From the NCBI GenBank assembly GCA_964016885.1, contig OZ024744.1, forward strand, positions 124,682,001-124,746,000: DNA of 64,000 nt. The letters are read 5' to 3'. The DNA comes from Eledone cirrhosa (lineage: Eukaryota). Below, in pieces: positions 11,071 to 23,350 of the stretch. Made by a program: the position numbers and the translations under genes. A model generated the notes under the pieces. The model saw only the letters and a program-made list of their open reading frames with translations. It ran no database searches and was not told the origin of the DNA. How positions within the stretch are numbered: position 1 is the first letter of the stretch; every line of letters begins with the position of its first letter.

Positions 11071-14000
11071 ACATTCGCCGCCGGACTTCAGCTTCCTCAT
11101 TTAGCATGGGCAGTTTTTCTTGAAAATCACACCACACACAGCAAATGTGTCCCCGCACATGTACCAGTAATTACAGATCGATTCCGGTGAAAATTCACTG
11201 AAAACGGGCCATCCGGCCCTGTGCGTCGATCGTGGGCCGGCCGGATGTTGACGGATCGATGTGTAATTAGAAGTACATGTGCGGACACTCATTGGCTGTG
11301 CGTGGTATGCATTTCAGCAAGATATCTCCGTAACATCAAGAGTTATGGCTGTGGAGGCACACCTAGTCAATCGCTTCGCGATATTGTTTACGTTTGACTA
11401 GGTGTGCCTCCACAGCCACAACTCTTGATGTTACGGAGATATCTTGCTGAAATGCATACCGCGCACAGCCAATGAGTGTCCGCACATGTACTTCTAATTA
11501 CACATCGATCCGTCAACATCCGGCCGGCCCACGATCGACGCACAGGGCCGGATGGCCCGTTTTCAGTGAATTTTCACCGGAATCGATCTGTAATTACTGG
11601 TACATGTGCGGAGACACATTTGCTGTGTGTGGTGTGATTTTCAAGAAAAACTGCCCATGCTAAATGAGGAAGCTGAAGTCCGCCGGCGAATGGTGTGCTT
11701 CGAAGAAAACTAATTCGAAAATGACCGTTTGCAGGCGGAGTAACCTTTTCGATCGTGGGCCAGCCGCCCGTGGTGGGATCCATCTGTAATTACTGGTACA
11801 TGTGCGGACATACATTTGCTGTGTGTGGTGTGATTTTCAAGAAGAACTGCCCATGCTAAATGAGGAAGCTGAAGTCCGCCGGCGAATGGTGTGCTTCGAA
11901 GAAAACTAATTCGAAAATGACCGTTTGCAGGCGGGGTAACCTTTTCGATCGTGGGCCAGCCGCCCGTGGTGGGATCCATCTGTAATTACTGGTACATGTG
12001 CGGACACACATTTGCTGTGTGTGGTGTGATTTTCGAGAAAGACTGCCCATGCTAAATGAGGAAGCTGAAGTCCGCCGGCGAATGGTGTGCTTCGAAGAAA
12101 ACTAATTCGAAAATGACTATTTGCCGGCGGAATCACCTTTTCGGTCCTGGTCCGGCCGGATCTTGCCGGATCGATCGGAAATTTGTGGACCATGTTCGGA
12201 AGGCCATTGTGCATGTGTGGTGAAAAAAATTTGTGTCGAAATCTTCTCGGAAAATAACGGATCGCCGGCGGAGATTGCCATTTCGATCGTGGGCCGGCCG
12301 GATCTTGTCGGATCGATTCGGACATATGTGCATCGTGTTCGCAAGGCCCTTGTCTATGTGTGGTGTGATTTTCATAAAGAAATTCCGAAAAACCCAGTTT
12401 TAAATCTGATTTCGCCAAAGAATTTTGGCTATCAGATCGGGTTGAAAGGTATGGTTTCAGGTCGATCTGAAAGTCTAAAATGGAATTCACTCGGTTAGCT
12501 AACTATTGATATATCGGAGATATCTTTCTGAAAATCACACCACACACTCCCAATGAGTGTCTGCACATGTACCAGTAATTACAGATGGATCCCACCACGG
12601 GCGGCCGGCCCACGATCGAAAAGGTTACTCCGAAGCACACCATTCGCCGGCGGAATTCATTTAGCATGGGCAGTTTTTCTCGAAAATCACACCACACACA
12701 GCCAATGAGTGTCCGCACATGTACCAGTAATTACAGATGGATCCCACCACGGGCGGCTGGCCCACGATCGAAAAGGTTACTCCGCCTGCAAACGGTCATT
12801 TTCGAATTCGTTTTCTTCGAAGCACACGATTCGCCGGCGGACTTCAGCTGCCTCATTTAGCATGGGCAGTTTTTCTCGAAAATCACACCACACACAGCAA
12901 ATGTGTGTCCGCACATGTACCAGTAATTACAGATCGATTCCGGTGAAAATTCACTGAAAACGGGCCATTCGGCCCTGTGCGTCGATCGTGGGCCGGCCGG
13001 ATGTTGACGGATCGATGTGTAATTAGAAGTACATGTGCGGACACTCATTGGCTGTGCGTGGTATGCATTTCAGCAAGATATCTCCGTAACATCAAGAGTT
13101 ATGGCTGTGGAGGCACACCTAGTCAAACGTAAACAAGCTCTGGAGCGTATACGCTTCGCGATTTTGTTTACGTTTGACTAGGTGTGCCTCCACAGCCACA
13201 ACTCTTGATGTTACGGAGATATCTTGCTGAAATGCATACCACGCACAGCCAATGAGTGTCCGCACATGTACTTCTAATTACACATCGATCCGTCAACATC
13301 CGGCCGGCCCACGATCGACGCACAGGGCCGGATGGCCCGTTTGCAGTGAATTTTCACCGGAATCGATCTGTAATTACTGGTACATGTGCGGACACACATT
13401 TGCTGTGTGTGGTGTGATTTTCACGAAAAACTGCCCATGCTAAATGAGGAAGCTGAAGTCCGCCGGCGAATGGTGTGCTTCGAAGAAAACTAATTCGAAA
13501 ATGACCGTTTGCAGGCGGAGTAACCTTTTCGATCGTGGGCCAGCCGCCCGTGGTGGGATACATCTGTAATTACTGGTACATGTGCGGACACACATTTGCT
13601 GTGTGTGGTGTGATTTTCGAGAAAGACTGCCCATGCTAAATGAGGAAGCTGAAGTCCGCCGGCGAATGGTGTGCTTCGAAGAAAACTAATTCGAAAATGA
13701 CTATTTGCCGGCGGAATCACCTTTTCGGTCCTGGTCCGGCCGGATCTTGCCGGATCGATCGGAAATTTGTGGACCATGTTCGGAAGGCCATTGTGCATGT
13801 GTGGTGAAAAAAATTTGTGTCGAAATCTTCTCGGAAAATAACGGATCGCCGGCGGAGATTGCCATTTCGATCGTGGGCCGGCCGGATCTTGTCGGATCGA
13901 TTCGGACATATGTGCATCGTGTTCGCAAGGCCCTTGTCTATGTGTGGTGTGATTTTCATAAAGAAATTCCGAAAAACCCAGTTTTAAATCTGATTTCGCC

Positions 14001-17000
14001 AAAGAATTTTGGCTATCAGATCGGGTTGAAAGGTATGGTTTCAGGTCGATCTGAAAGTCTAAAATGGAATTCACTCGGTTAGCTAACTTTTGATATATCG
14101 GAGATATCTTTCTGAAAATCACACCACACACTCCCAATGAGTGTCTGCACATGTACCAGTAATTACAGATGGATCCCACCACGGGCGGCCGGCCCACGAT
14201 CGAAAAGGTTACTCCGAAGCACACCATTCGCCGGCGGAATTCATTTAGCATGGGCAGTTTTTCTCGAAAATCAGACCACACACAGCCAATGAGTGTCCGC
14301 ACATGTACCAGTAATTACAGATGGATCCCACCACGGGCGGCTGGCCCACGATCGAAAAGGTTACTCCGCCTGCAAACGGTCATTTTCGAATTCGTTTTCT
14401 TCGAAGCACACGATTCGCCGGCGGACTTCAGCTGCCTCATTTAGCATGGGCAGTTTTTCTCGAAAATCACACCACACACAGCAAATGTGTGTCCGCACAT
14501 GTACCAGTAATTACAGATCGATTCCGGTGAAAATTCACTGAAAACGGGCCATTCGGCCCTGTGCGTCGATCGTGGGCCGGCCGGATGTTGACGGATCGAT
14601 GTGTAATTAGAAGTACATGTGCGGACACTCATTGGCTGTGCGTGGTATGCATTTCAGCAAGATATCTCCGTAACATCAAGAGTTATGGCTGTGGAGGCAC
14701 ACCTAGTCAAACGTAAACAAGCTCTGGAGCGTATACGCTTCGCGATTTTGTTTACGTTTGACTAGGTGTGCCTCCACAGCCACAACTCTTGATGTTACGG
14801 AGATATCTTGCTGAAATGCATACCACGCACAGCCAATGAGTGTCCGCACATGTACTTCTAATTACACATCGATCCGTCAACATCCGGCCGGCCCACGATC
14901 GACGCACAGGGCCGGATGGCCCGTTTGCAGTGAATTTTCACCGGAATCGATCTGTAATTACTGGTACATGTGCGGACACACATTTGCTGTGTGTGGTGTG
15001 ATTTTCGAGAAAGACTGCCCATGCTAAATGAGGAAGCTGAAGTCCGCCGGCGAATGGTGTGCTTCGAAGAAAACTAATTCGAAAATGACCGTTTGCAGGC
15101 GGAGTAACCTTTTCGATCGTGGGCCAGCCGCCCGTGGTGGGATACATCTGTAATTACTGGTACATGTGCGGACACACATTTGCTGTGTGTGGTGTGATTT
15201 TCGAGAAAGACTGCCCATGCTAAATGAGGAAGCTGAAGTCCGCCGGCGAATGGTGTGCTTCGAAGAAAACTAATTCGAAAATGACTATTTGCCGGCGGAA
15301 TCACCTTTTCGGTCCTGGTCCGGCCGGATCTTGCCGGATCGATCGGAAATTTGTGGACCATGTTCGGAAGGCCATTGTGCATGTGTGGTGAAAAAAATTT
15401 GTGTCGAAATCTTCTCGGAAAATAACGGATCGCCGGCGGAGATTGCCATTTCGATCGTGGGCCGGCCGGATCTTGTCGGATCGATTCGGACATATGTGCA
15501 TCGTGTTCGCAAGGCCCTTGTCTATGTGTGGTGTGATTTTCATAAAGAAATTCCGAAAAACCCAGTTTTAAATCTGATTTCGCCAAAGAATTTTGGCTAT
15601 CAGATCGGGTTGAAAGGTATGGTTTCAGGTCGATCTGAAAGTCTAAAATGGAATTCACTCGGTTAGCTAACTTTTGATATATCGGAGATATCTTTCTGAA
15701 AATCACACCACACACTCCCAATGAGTGTCTGCACATGTACCAGTAATTACAGATGGATCCCACCACGGGCGGCCGGCCCACGATCGAAAAGGTTACTCCG
15801 AAGCACACCATTCGCCGGCGGAATTCATTTAGCATGGGCAGTTTTTCTCGAAAATCACACCACACACAGCCAATGAGTGTCCGCACATGTACCAGTAATT
15901 ACAGATGGATCCCACCACGGGCGGCTGGCCCACGATCGAAAAGGTTACTCCGCCTGCAAACGGTCATTTTCGAATTCGTTTTCTTCGAAGCACACGATTC
16001 GCCGGCGGACTTCAGCTGCCTCATTTAGCATGGGCAGTTTTTCTCGAAAATCACACCACACACAGCAAATGTGTGTCCGCACATGTACCAGTAATTACAG
16101 ATCGATTCCGGTGAAAATTCACTGAAAACGGGCCATCCGGCCCTGTGCGTCGATCGTGGGCCGGCCGGATGTTGACGGATCGATGTGTAATTAGAAGTAC
16201 ATGTGCGGACACTCATTGGCTGTGCGTGGTATGCATTTCAGCAAGATATCTCCGTAACATCAAGAGTTATGGCTGTGGAGGCACACCTAGTCAAACGTAA
16301 ACAAGCTCTGGAGCGTATACGCTTCGCGATTTTGTTTACGTTTGACTAGGTGTGCCTCCACAGCCACAACTCTTGATGTTACGGAGATATCTTGCTGAAA
16401 TGCATACCACGCACAGCCAATGAGTGTCCGCACATGTACTTCTAATTACACATCGATCCGTCAACATCCGGCCGGCCCACGATCGACGCACAGGGCCGGA
16501 TGGCCCGTTTGCAGTGAATTTTCACCGGAATCGATCTGTAATTACTGGTACATGTGCGGACACACATTTGCTGTGTGTGGTGTGATTTTCGAGAAAGACT
16601 GCCCATGCTAAATGAGGAAGCTGAAGTCCGCCGGCGAATGGTGTGCTTCGAAGAAAACTAATTCGAAAATGACTATTTGCCGGCGGAATCACCTTTTCGG
16701 TCCTGGTCCGGCCGGATCTTGCCGGATCGATCGGAAATTTGTGGACCATGTTCGGAAGGCCATTGTGCATGTGTGGTGAAAAAAATTTGTGTCGAAATCT
16801 TCTCGGAAAATAACGGATCGCCGGTGGAGATTGCCATTTCGATCGTGGGCCGGCCGGATCTTGTCGGATCGATTCGGACATATGTGCATCGTGTTCGCAA
16901 GGCCCTTGTCTATGTGTGGTGTGATTTTCATAAAGAAATTCCGAAAAACCCAGTTTTAAATCTGATTTCGCCAAAGAATTTTGGCTATCAGATCGGGTTG

Positions 17001-17263
17001 AAAGGTATGGTTTCAGGTCGATCTGAAAGTCTAAAATGGAATTCACTCGGTTAGCTAACTATTGATATATCGGAGATATCTTTCTGAAAATCACACCACA
17101 CACTCCCAATGAGTGTCTGCACATGTACCAGTAATTACAGATGGATCCCACCACGGGCGGCCGGCCCACGATCGAAAAGGTTACTCCGAAGCACACCATT
17201 CGCCGGCGGAATTCATTTAGCATGGGCAGTTTTTCTCGAAAATCACACCACACACAGCCAATG
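11071..17263. repeat. Fold-back array: 196-bp CpG-rich monomers organised into 1584-bp palindromic higher-order units
   Basis: ORF track repeats every 1584 bp (12121, 13705, 15289) and mirrors about centres ~11382, 13150, 14734 and 16318. Monomer period 196 (11783 vs 11979). Confidence 0.95.
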
Positions 17264-17308
17264 GGTTTAAAATACTCACCGTTTGATTTGGAAAAACTTA
17301 AAATGCTC

Positions 17309-17341
17309 ACATATATATGTGTATGTATTTATCTATGCATG

Positions 17342-17387
<46 letters not shown>

Positions 17388-17865
17388 TATGTATTTATCT
17401 ATGTATTTATCTATATGCATGGATATATATATATATATATATATATTTATCTATGTATTTATCTATATGCATGGATATATATATATATATATATGTATTT
17501 ATCTATGCATGTATGAATATATAAAATATATATATATATATATGTGTGTATGTATTTATCTATGCATGTATGAATATATAAAATATATATATATATATAT
17601 ATGTATGTATTTATCTATGCATGTATATATATATAAAATATATACATAAATATATATATATATGTATTTATCTATGCATGTGTGCATACATATATATATA
17701 TATATGTATTTATCTATACATGTATGTATATATATATATATACATATATAAGTATTTATCTATACATGTATGTATATATATATATACATATATATGTATT
17801 TATCTATACATGTATGTATATATATATATATATATATGTATATAAGTATTTATCTATACATGTAT

Positions 17866-17898
<33 letters not shown>

Positions 17899-17930
17899 AG
17901 TATTTATCTATACATGTATGTATATATAAA
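17309..17930. repeat. (TA)n compound minisatellite with recurring TGTATTTATCTAT(G/A)CATG spacer
   Basis: Direct reading. Confidence 0.9.
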
Positions 17931-18019
17931 ATATTGTCATGTTTACAAAAATATTTTTCTAATATCGTGTTTAATATTTTCTATTGTCGTCTGCTTCTCT
18001 TCTCACGTGGTTACTTACT

Positions 18020-18390
18020 CTCTCACCCTCTCTCTCTTTCCCCTCTCATACAACCCCTTCTTTCTCTTTCTTTCCCCTCTCACACAACCTCTTCTTTCTC
18101 TCTCTTTTTGCCAGTCCCTTCTCTCACTCTCTCTCCCTCTTCCTTTTTTATCTCTTTCTTTCTGTCTCTGTTTCCCTCCTATAGACATTCTCTCTCTCTC
18201 TTTCTGCTCTCACTCAGCCTTCTCTCTCTTTCCCCTCTCACACAGTCTTCTCTCTCTCTCTTTCCCCTCTCACACAGCATTCTCTCTCTCTCTCTCTCTC
18301 TTTCCCCTCTCACACAGCATTCTCTCTCTCTCTCTCTCTTTATTTCCCCTCTCACACAGCCTTCTCTCTCTATCTATCTATCTCTCTCTC
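18020..18390. repeat. (CT)n compound repeat with recurring TTTCCCCTCTCACACAG
   Basis: Direct reading. Confidence 0.85.
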
Positions 18391-19389
18391 TGGAGATTTT
18401 TTAACACAAAGTCACACAAGGATTAGAAAAATGGCGATAATCACTTTGAAAGTAACAATTATGCAATAAATAGTTGTTATTGCCACGTCTCGTATCCTCC
18501 TTTGGCAATGTGTAAAATGTTAGCGAGATCGAGTGAACAATACACAAGTTATAATACTTTACAGACGGGACTTATACAGTAGATGTAGCAAAATGCGTAG
18601 ATTACGATTCTTGAGACGAGATTAAAATATACGATTATGGGATACTTTAAGAAGACGAGTAGATGTTTGAGTAGATTTAGCTGCTTTTTCTAGCATTTTT
18701 AGTTATACTTTGAAGCACATTTTTTTTGTTACTATTATATTAAAAGTTATCTGGTTACGTTATTTGACTGGTATTTCTAGCATTTTACAAGGACCACGTG
18801 TGTGTTTTATTTAAGGAAGATCTAGTTGTTATTTCTGATATTTTCTTCATCAAGTTAGTTGCTATTTCCTGCATCCTCTTGAAGACAAGAAATAATAATG
18901 AATTAGCTGCTGTTTCTAGTAGGTTCTATGGTAGTGATGAGCGTGGGAGGGAGGTTTGACTGCTATTTTTAGCAGGTTCTAAGGCATTGAGGTTTATGTT
19001 TTACGAGAGATTTGGCTGTTATTTCTAACATGTTATAATGGAGAGAGAGAGAGAGTATAAGATATACAGAGAGAGGGAGTATAAGATATAGAGAGAGGGG
19101 AAACGGCCGATGTTTACGTTGAGAAAACCTAATAAAATGTTATAAATGGGTTTATAAAGAATAGAATGAGATAAACAAGACAAAGTTAGATAAAATAAAT
19201 CAGCTGTAAGGATATTATACGATATATTTATAATATTTTAATATATTTTTCCTGGTCGTCTGCTGCCATTGATAGAGAGAGGAGTGGTGGGAGGTAGCCA
19301 TAACAACCGTGGTAGCAGCACTGAGGTTTGTTTTTAAAGAAGTGAATACAAGAAAAACAAGCAACTAAGAATATTAATCTCTTAAACCC

Positions 19390-19995
19390 TTCAAGATGTG
19401 TATGACAAGAAAGAAGACGTTTTAGAGTCGTATGACATAGATGATAACTGGAAATTCTTACGTGACAACTTACTGCAGGCTACTGAAGAAACTTGTGGCT
19501 GGAGCAGAGCTCCGACCAGACAGAGAGTGACCTGGTGGTGGGACAACACGGTAGATAAGGCCATTAGAGACAAAAGACTAGCATGGAACACTTGAAAAAA
19601 TGGTGGGAGTAGAGACCGATACACAGCTGCTAAGAGAGAAGCTAGACGTCAGATGTACTTAGCACGCACGGAGGCTGAGAGTAGGAGGTTTGCCAATGTT
19701 CTGTGATGGGAAGATCAGAGGCGTGCGGTGTTCCACATTGCAAGGCATGGTGTCAGTGTAAATCAGGATGTTGTTGGAGATAAGTGTATCCGGAATGATG
19801 CCAGTGTACTTGGTGTCACGAATGATCAAAAAAAGGAGGCCTGGAAATATCATTATGAGAGGCTGATGAATTGTGGAGAATGAATGGGAGAGAGGGAAAC
19901 TATCCCCAGTAGACCCAACAGAGGGACCAGCTATTGAGATTGGGAAATATAGGGTACAAGAGGCAATTAAGGAAATGAAGAATGGCAAGGCTACA
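19390..19995 (+). mobile_element. Degenerate RTE-clade LINE fragment (region between endonuclease and RT)
   Basis: Peptides WKFLRDNLLQATEETCGW..TWWWD and PTEGPAIEI..AIKEMKNGKA, with stops and frameshifts. Confidence 0.8.
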
Positions 19996-20000
19996 TTTAA

Positions 20001-20221
20001 CCCTTTAGCATTTAAACCAGCCATACCTAGCCAGAATACTCTCACATCTTTCTGTTCAAACCAGCCATAACTGGCCACTCATACTGACGTTAAGGTATTG
20101 TTCTCAATATAAATAATATCAAAATCTCATAGATTCGATATTATATGAGATAATTATGTAAGATAAAGCCTTTACCACAAAAATACAATAGTATATATAG
20201 AGTAATAAAAATGCTAAAGGG
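20001..20221. mobile_element. piggyBac-like MITE (copies at 23676-23896 and 56404-56624)
   Basis: 13-bp terminal inverted repeats CCCTTTAGCATTT / AAATGCTAAAGGG, flanked by TTAA (left) and TAAA (right). Confidence 0.75.
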
Positions 20222-20519
20222 TAAAAGTAGCTTATTATTTTGTGAGCTCTTGCTACTTATTGCTCTTGTGCATCAAGAACATACACAGCTTACATTTTGT
20301 TGCTAATCTCACTGAGATCCAACTACATCTCTTGTTTATCCATAGTTTGGAATTTCTACCTACTCCTTTCCTTTAGAATGATCAAGGCCATTTTCTTGTG
20401 GGGATCTAGGCCCTGTTTTCCTTTCTATTTTGCCAAGTTATCTTACATCACTTTCATTCTAGACCATGCTTCCAGGTTTGGAATTTCTCCTCTAATTTTA
20501 CCACAGATTAAGTGACAAG

Positions 20520-22200
20520 GGTTCAATCATGTGCATACAGGAGTTCCCATGGACAGCCAGTAATATGTAATAGCCTGCAGGATGATAATAAACAGAAGAG
20601 GGTTAATTACAGAGCCCTGATAGAGGGTTAATAACAGAGCCCTGATAGACTTGTTCACTCAACTCCTCACTATAGCCATCATTACTTTTAACCTTACTGA
20701 CTGCTCCTCCATACATGGCTTTTACTGCTCTCACAAGCCACTCATATACCCCTAGTTTTCTAAGTTATACACCAGATTAGGGAAGGGGGAAGTCTCACAG
20801 AAGCTCTCTCTGGGTCAACAAATGCCAAGTAGAGGGGCTTATTTTAGCTAGGTACTACTCTTGCAGTTGCCACACAAGGAAGAGGACATCAGTGGTACTT
20901 TTACCTGGCACAAATCCAAACTTCATCTCATCTAGGTTAACTTGGTCCCTAATCAGCTGTGTTATAAATCTAACACCTTCATGAAGTGGTCCATCTAATA
21001 TCTCTATAGTTTTCTAGCTCTAGTACATCTCCTTTGCCCTTGTAGCAGTTGATGATGATGATACTACACCATTTATTTGGTATGACACCATTTTGTATTA
21101 CATGCTGTACGATACCAGTGGTTAAGATGTGACCCACCATCCCAGATACTTTCAGTATCTCAGCAACTATCACCAATGGACAAGATACTTTCTCTGTCTT
21201 CATATCCTTAATTACCTTACTTCATATCCTTAATTACCTTACTGCTTACTTGTATGGCTGGACCCTCTGTTGGGCCCACTTTCCGTAGACTATCTTCCTC
21301 CCATGCATTCTCCTCATTCAGTAATCTTTCATAAAGGCATTTCCATGTTACAAAGGTTGGCTGAAAAGTTCATAGACTATCAATGATAGCATGATGCTAG
21401 AGCTGTGAAATCTTGCCTGCATTAATTTCAACTCTTCTTATTAATAACTGCATTGTTTCCTTCCAGGGACTATGTTGAAAAATAAACCTCATTTGGTCAT
21501 TCCATGAGTGTATCTTGGTCTGCCTATGAACTTTTCAGCTGACCCTATTCAGCATCAGTGAGCCCAAATGCCCCATTATCATCCTGGACACACTTTACCC
21601 CAACATCACAATTTGCCCTCACACACTGCCTCACAATCCTGAACATCTCATGTATTTCATCCTCACATCATAAAACCAACTGAAATTATATATTCTCTGC
21701 TTCCCTCCTTGCAAAGAATACTTCTTGCCTAGCTTCCTGTAGTGTACCCTCCAGCTGCCTCCATTCTGCCATTATTCCATGCCTGTCTCTTGGCCTTAAC
21801 TGTCTCATCTACCCTAGTGTTTCACCACCAAGATACTCTCCTCTCTGAAGCCCTGCTCCAGCCACAGATCTAGTTTGACACCTTCAGCAAAGGTTCTTTA
21901 AGGAACTCCCACTGTTCCCCTATATTGTATGTTTCTATTTGTTCTTCCTTACTGTTGTAAAGATCAAACAAAATATCTCTAAATTTGGAACTGGCTGAGG
22001 GGTCCTTTAACTTCCATATCCTTCTCCTCCAAGTTGCCCTCAGTCTTCAAGTTCATCTAAGTCTATGAAATCACTAACTACTGGGTTATGTTGGGAGGTG
22101 CATTCTTCCCCAGGGGGTGGGGATTGTGTGTTTACAAATGTCAATATCTCATCTTCTGGTGAGGATAAAAATCTGACTGGCATGCTCCTCTGACCAATAG
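20520..22200 (-). mobile_element. Degenerate RTE-clade LINE, RT N-terminal region (copies ~24195-25875 and ~56923-58603)
   Basis: IVAEILK..IPNKW..INCYKGKGD..ENYR followed by FGFVPGKSTTD and YLAFVD motifs on the minus strand; disrupted. Confidence 0.82.
21349..21547. mobile_element. Tc1/mariner-like MITE nested in the RTE fragment; inverted relative at ~33270-33415
   Basis: Imperfect terminal inverted repeats GGTTGGCTGAAAAGTTCATAG / CTATGAACTTTTCAGCTGACC, beginning after TA. Confidence 0.65.
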
Positions 22201-22260
22201 GTGTTGAAGTGGTTGTCGGGTAAACGTTAAGACCCTCTGATATACATATATATATATATA

Positions 22261-22315
22261 TACTAGCAGTGGTACCCGGCGTTGCACGGGATAACGTATT
22301 TCGGAACGCGGGCCG
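22261..22315 (-). mobile_element. Helitron-like 3' terminus abutting (TA)n
   Basis: Minus strand reads CCCGTGCAACGCCGGG-TACCACTG-CTAG-T: GC hairpin, short spacer, then CTAG, the canonical Helitron 3' signature. Confidence 0.65.
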
Positions 22316-22599
22316 CCATCTTCCACTTCAGCCGGTCGCCCTAAAGTGTTGGCTATTCAGTCTACTTGAGGCCAGTTGGTGAGGGGGGGTAAAGCTTTCA
22401 GTGTGCTACTACCCTCACGGTCAAATAGAAAGGGAGAGGAAGAAAAGTCAGCGTTAATATCGTGCTACACGTTTGAAAGGTTGGATGACCTTAGAGTTCA
22501 CCAGGGTGGGGGGTTCTAAAAGTATCTATCTTGGTATTTTATCTTAGAAGTAATCATTACAGAGTGTACTGGGTGTATTTTAGTGGGCAGTAATTCCAT

Positions 22600-23350
22600 A
22601 AAGAACACAGTATAATCTGTGGACACAAGCCTTGCAGTGTGATTACAGGCAGGTTAATGGGAAAGATAGATTATATATGTGACATGATGTACATGAGAAG
22701 TGAGGACACAGACCACACATGAAATAGATTCCTACAACTGTCAGGGAGGCTCCCTAGAATTACAGATGACATATTTCAATATCTCGGTGATCAAGTTAGC
22801 AGTGGAGGAAGAATCTCTAAAAGTGTAATACCCAGGATAAGGACAGGCTGGAAGAAGTTTAGAGTACTGTTCCATCTGTTGACAACAAAGGGCTTCTCTC
22901 TCAGAATGGAGGCTAGACTGCTTGATACTTATGTGTGGTCTGCAATCTACACCCCAGCCATGCCCCTTCCACTACCACTCCTTAGCTATTTCTCTCCATT
23001 AATACTCCTCACATTTCAAGCAGTTTTCTCATCTCAATGAAAGAAAAATATTGGGCTCAAGAGAAGTCTTCAGTTATGCCATGGTGTGGCAACCTCCCTA
23101 GGGTTGGGCAGAGTGTAAATGAGAGTGAAATTAGGTATGAGAGGGATCAGATGCAGTATACAAGAGAGTAGATTACATTGGTATGGTCATGTGATGGGTA
23201 TAAAGGATGACAGCTGTATAAAAATGTGCTGGGCAATCAAAGTTGATGGAAGTTATGAAGGCGGAAGACCTAGGATGACCTGGGATGAGGTGATAAAAGA
23301 TGACTTTGCACAATTGCAACTCTCAAAAACAATGACACAGGATAGAGATC
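22600..23350 (+). mobile_element. Degenerate RTE-clade LINE 3' region
   Basis: FQYLGDQ..RTGWKKF and RLHWYGHVM..GRPRMTWDEVI, typical of the RTE C-terminus. Confidence 0.82.

Larger units (their letters stand above)
9719..14876 (+). repeat. Segmental duplication block A, copy 1 (paralog 48363-53544)
   Basis: TTCCTTTATTCGTCCACGCC at 9719 recurs at 48363 (offset 38644, then 38668 after a 24-bp indel). ORF track recurs at the same offset (12121 vs 50789). Confidence 0.96.
19993..22277 (+). repeat. Local 2.3-kb direct duplication (second copy 23668-25949, third 56396-58677)
   Basis: Identical ORFs at 20297/23972 and 20979/24654 (offset 3675); third copy at 56700/57382. Confidence 0.95.

Noticed and set aside
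11071-17263. Endogenous parvovirus/densovirus terminal hairpins
   Set aside because: No NS1/Rep or capsid coding sequence in the window and no flip/flop loop orientation.
11101-17310. Dozens of 60-270 aa ORFs in the fold-back array (also 49745-53648)
   Set aside because: Repeat-generated, present on both strands, no recognisable domain, and broken by point changes between copies.
17141-18426. Tyr/Ile/Cys/Val-rich and Leu/Ser-rich ORFs (also 27230-28136, 31173-31689, 59988-60969)
   Set aside because: Translations of (TA)n, (CA)n and (CT)n microsatellites.
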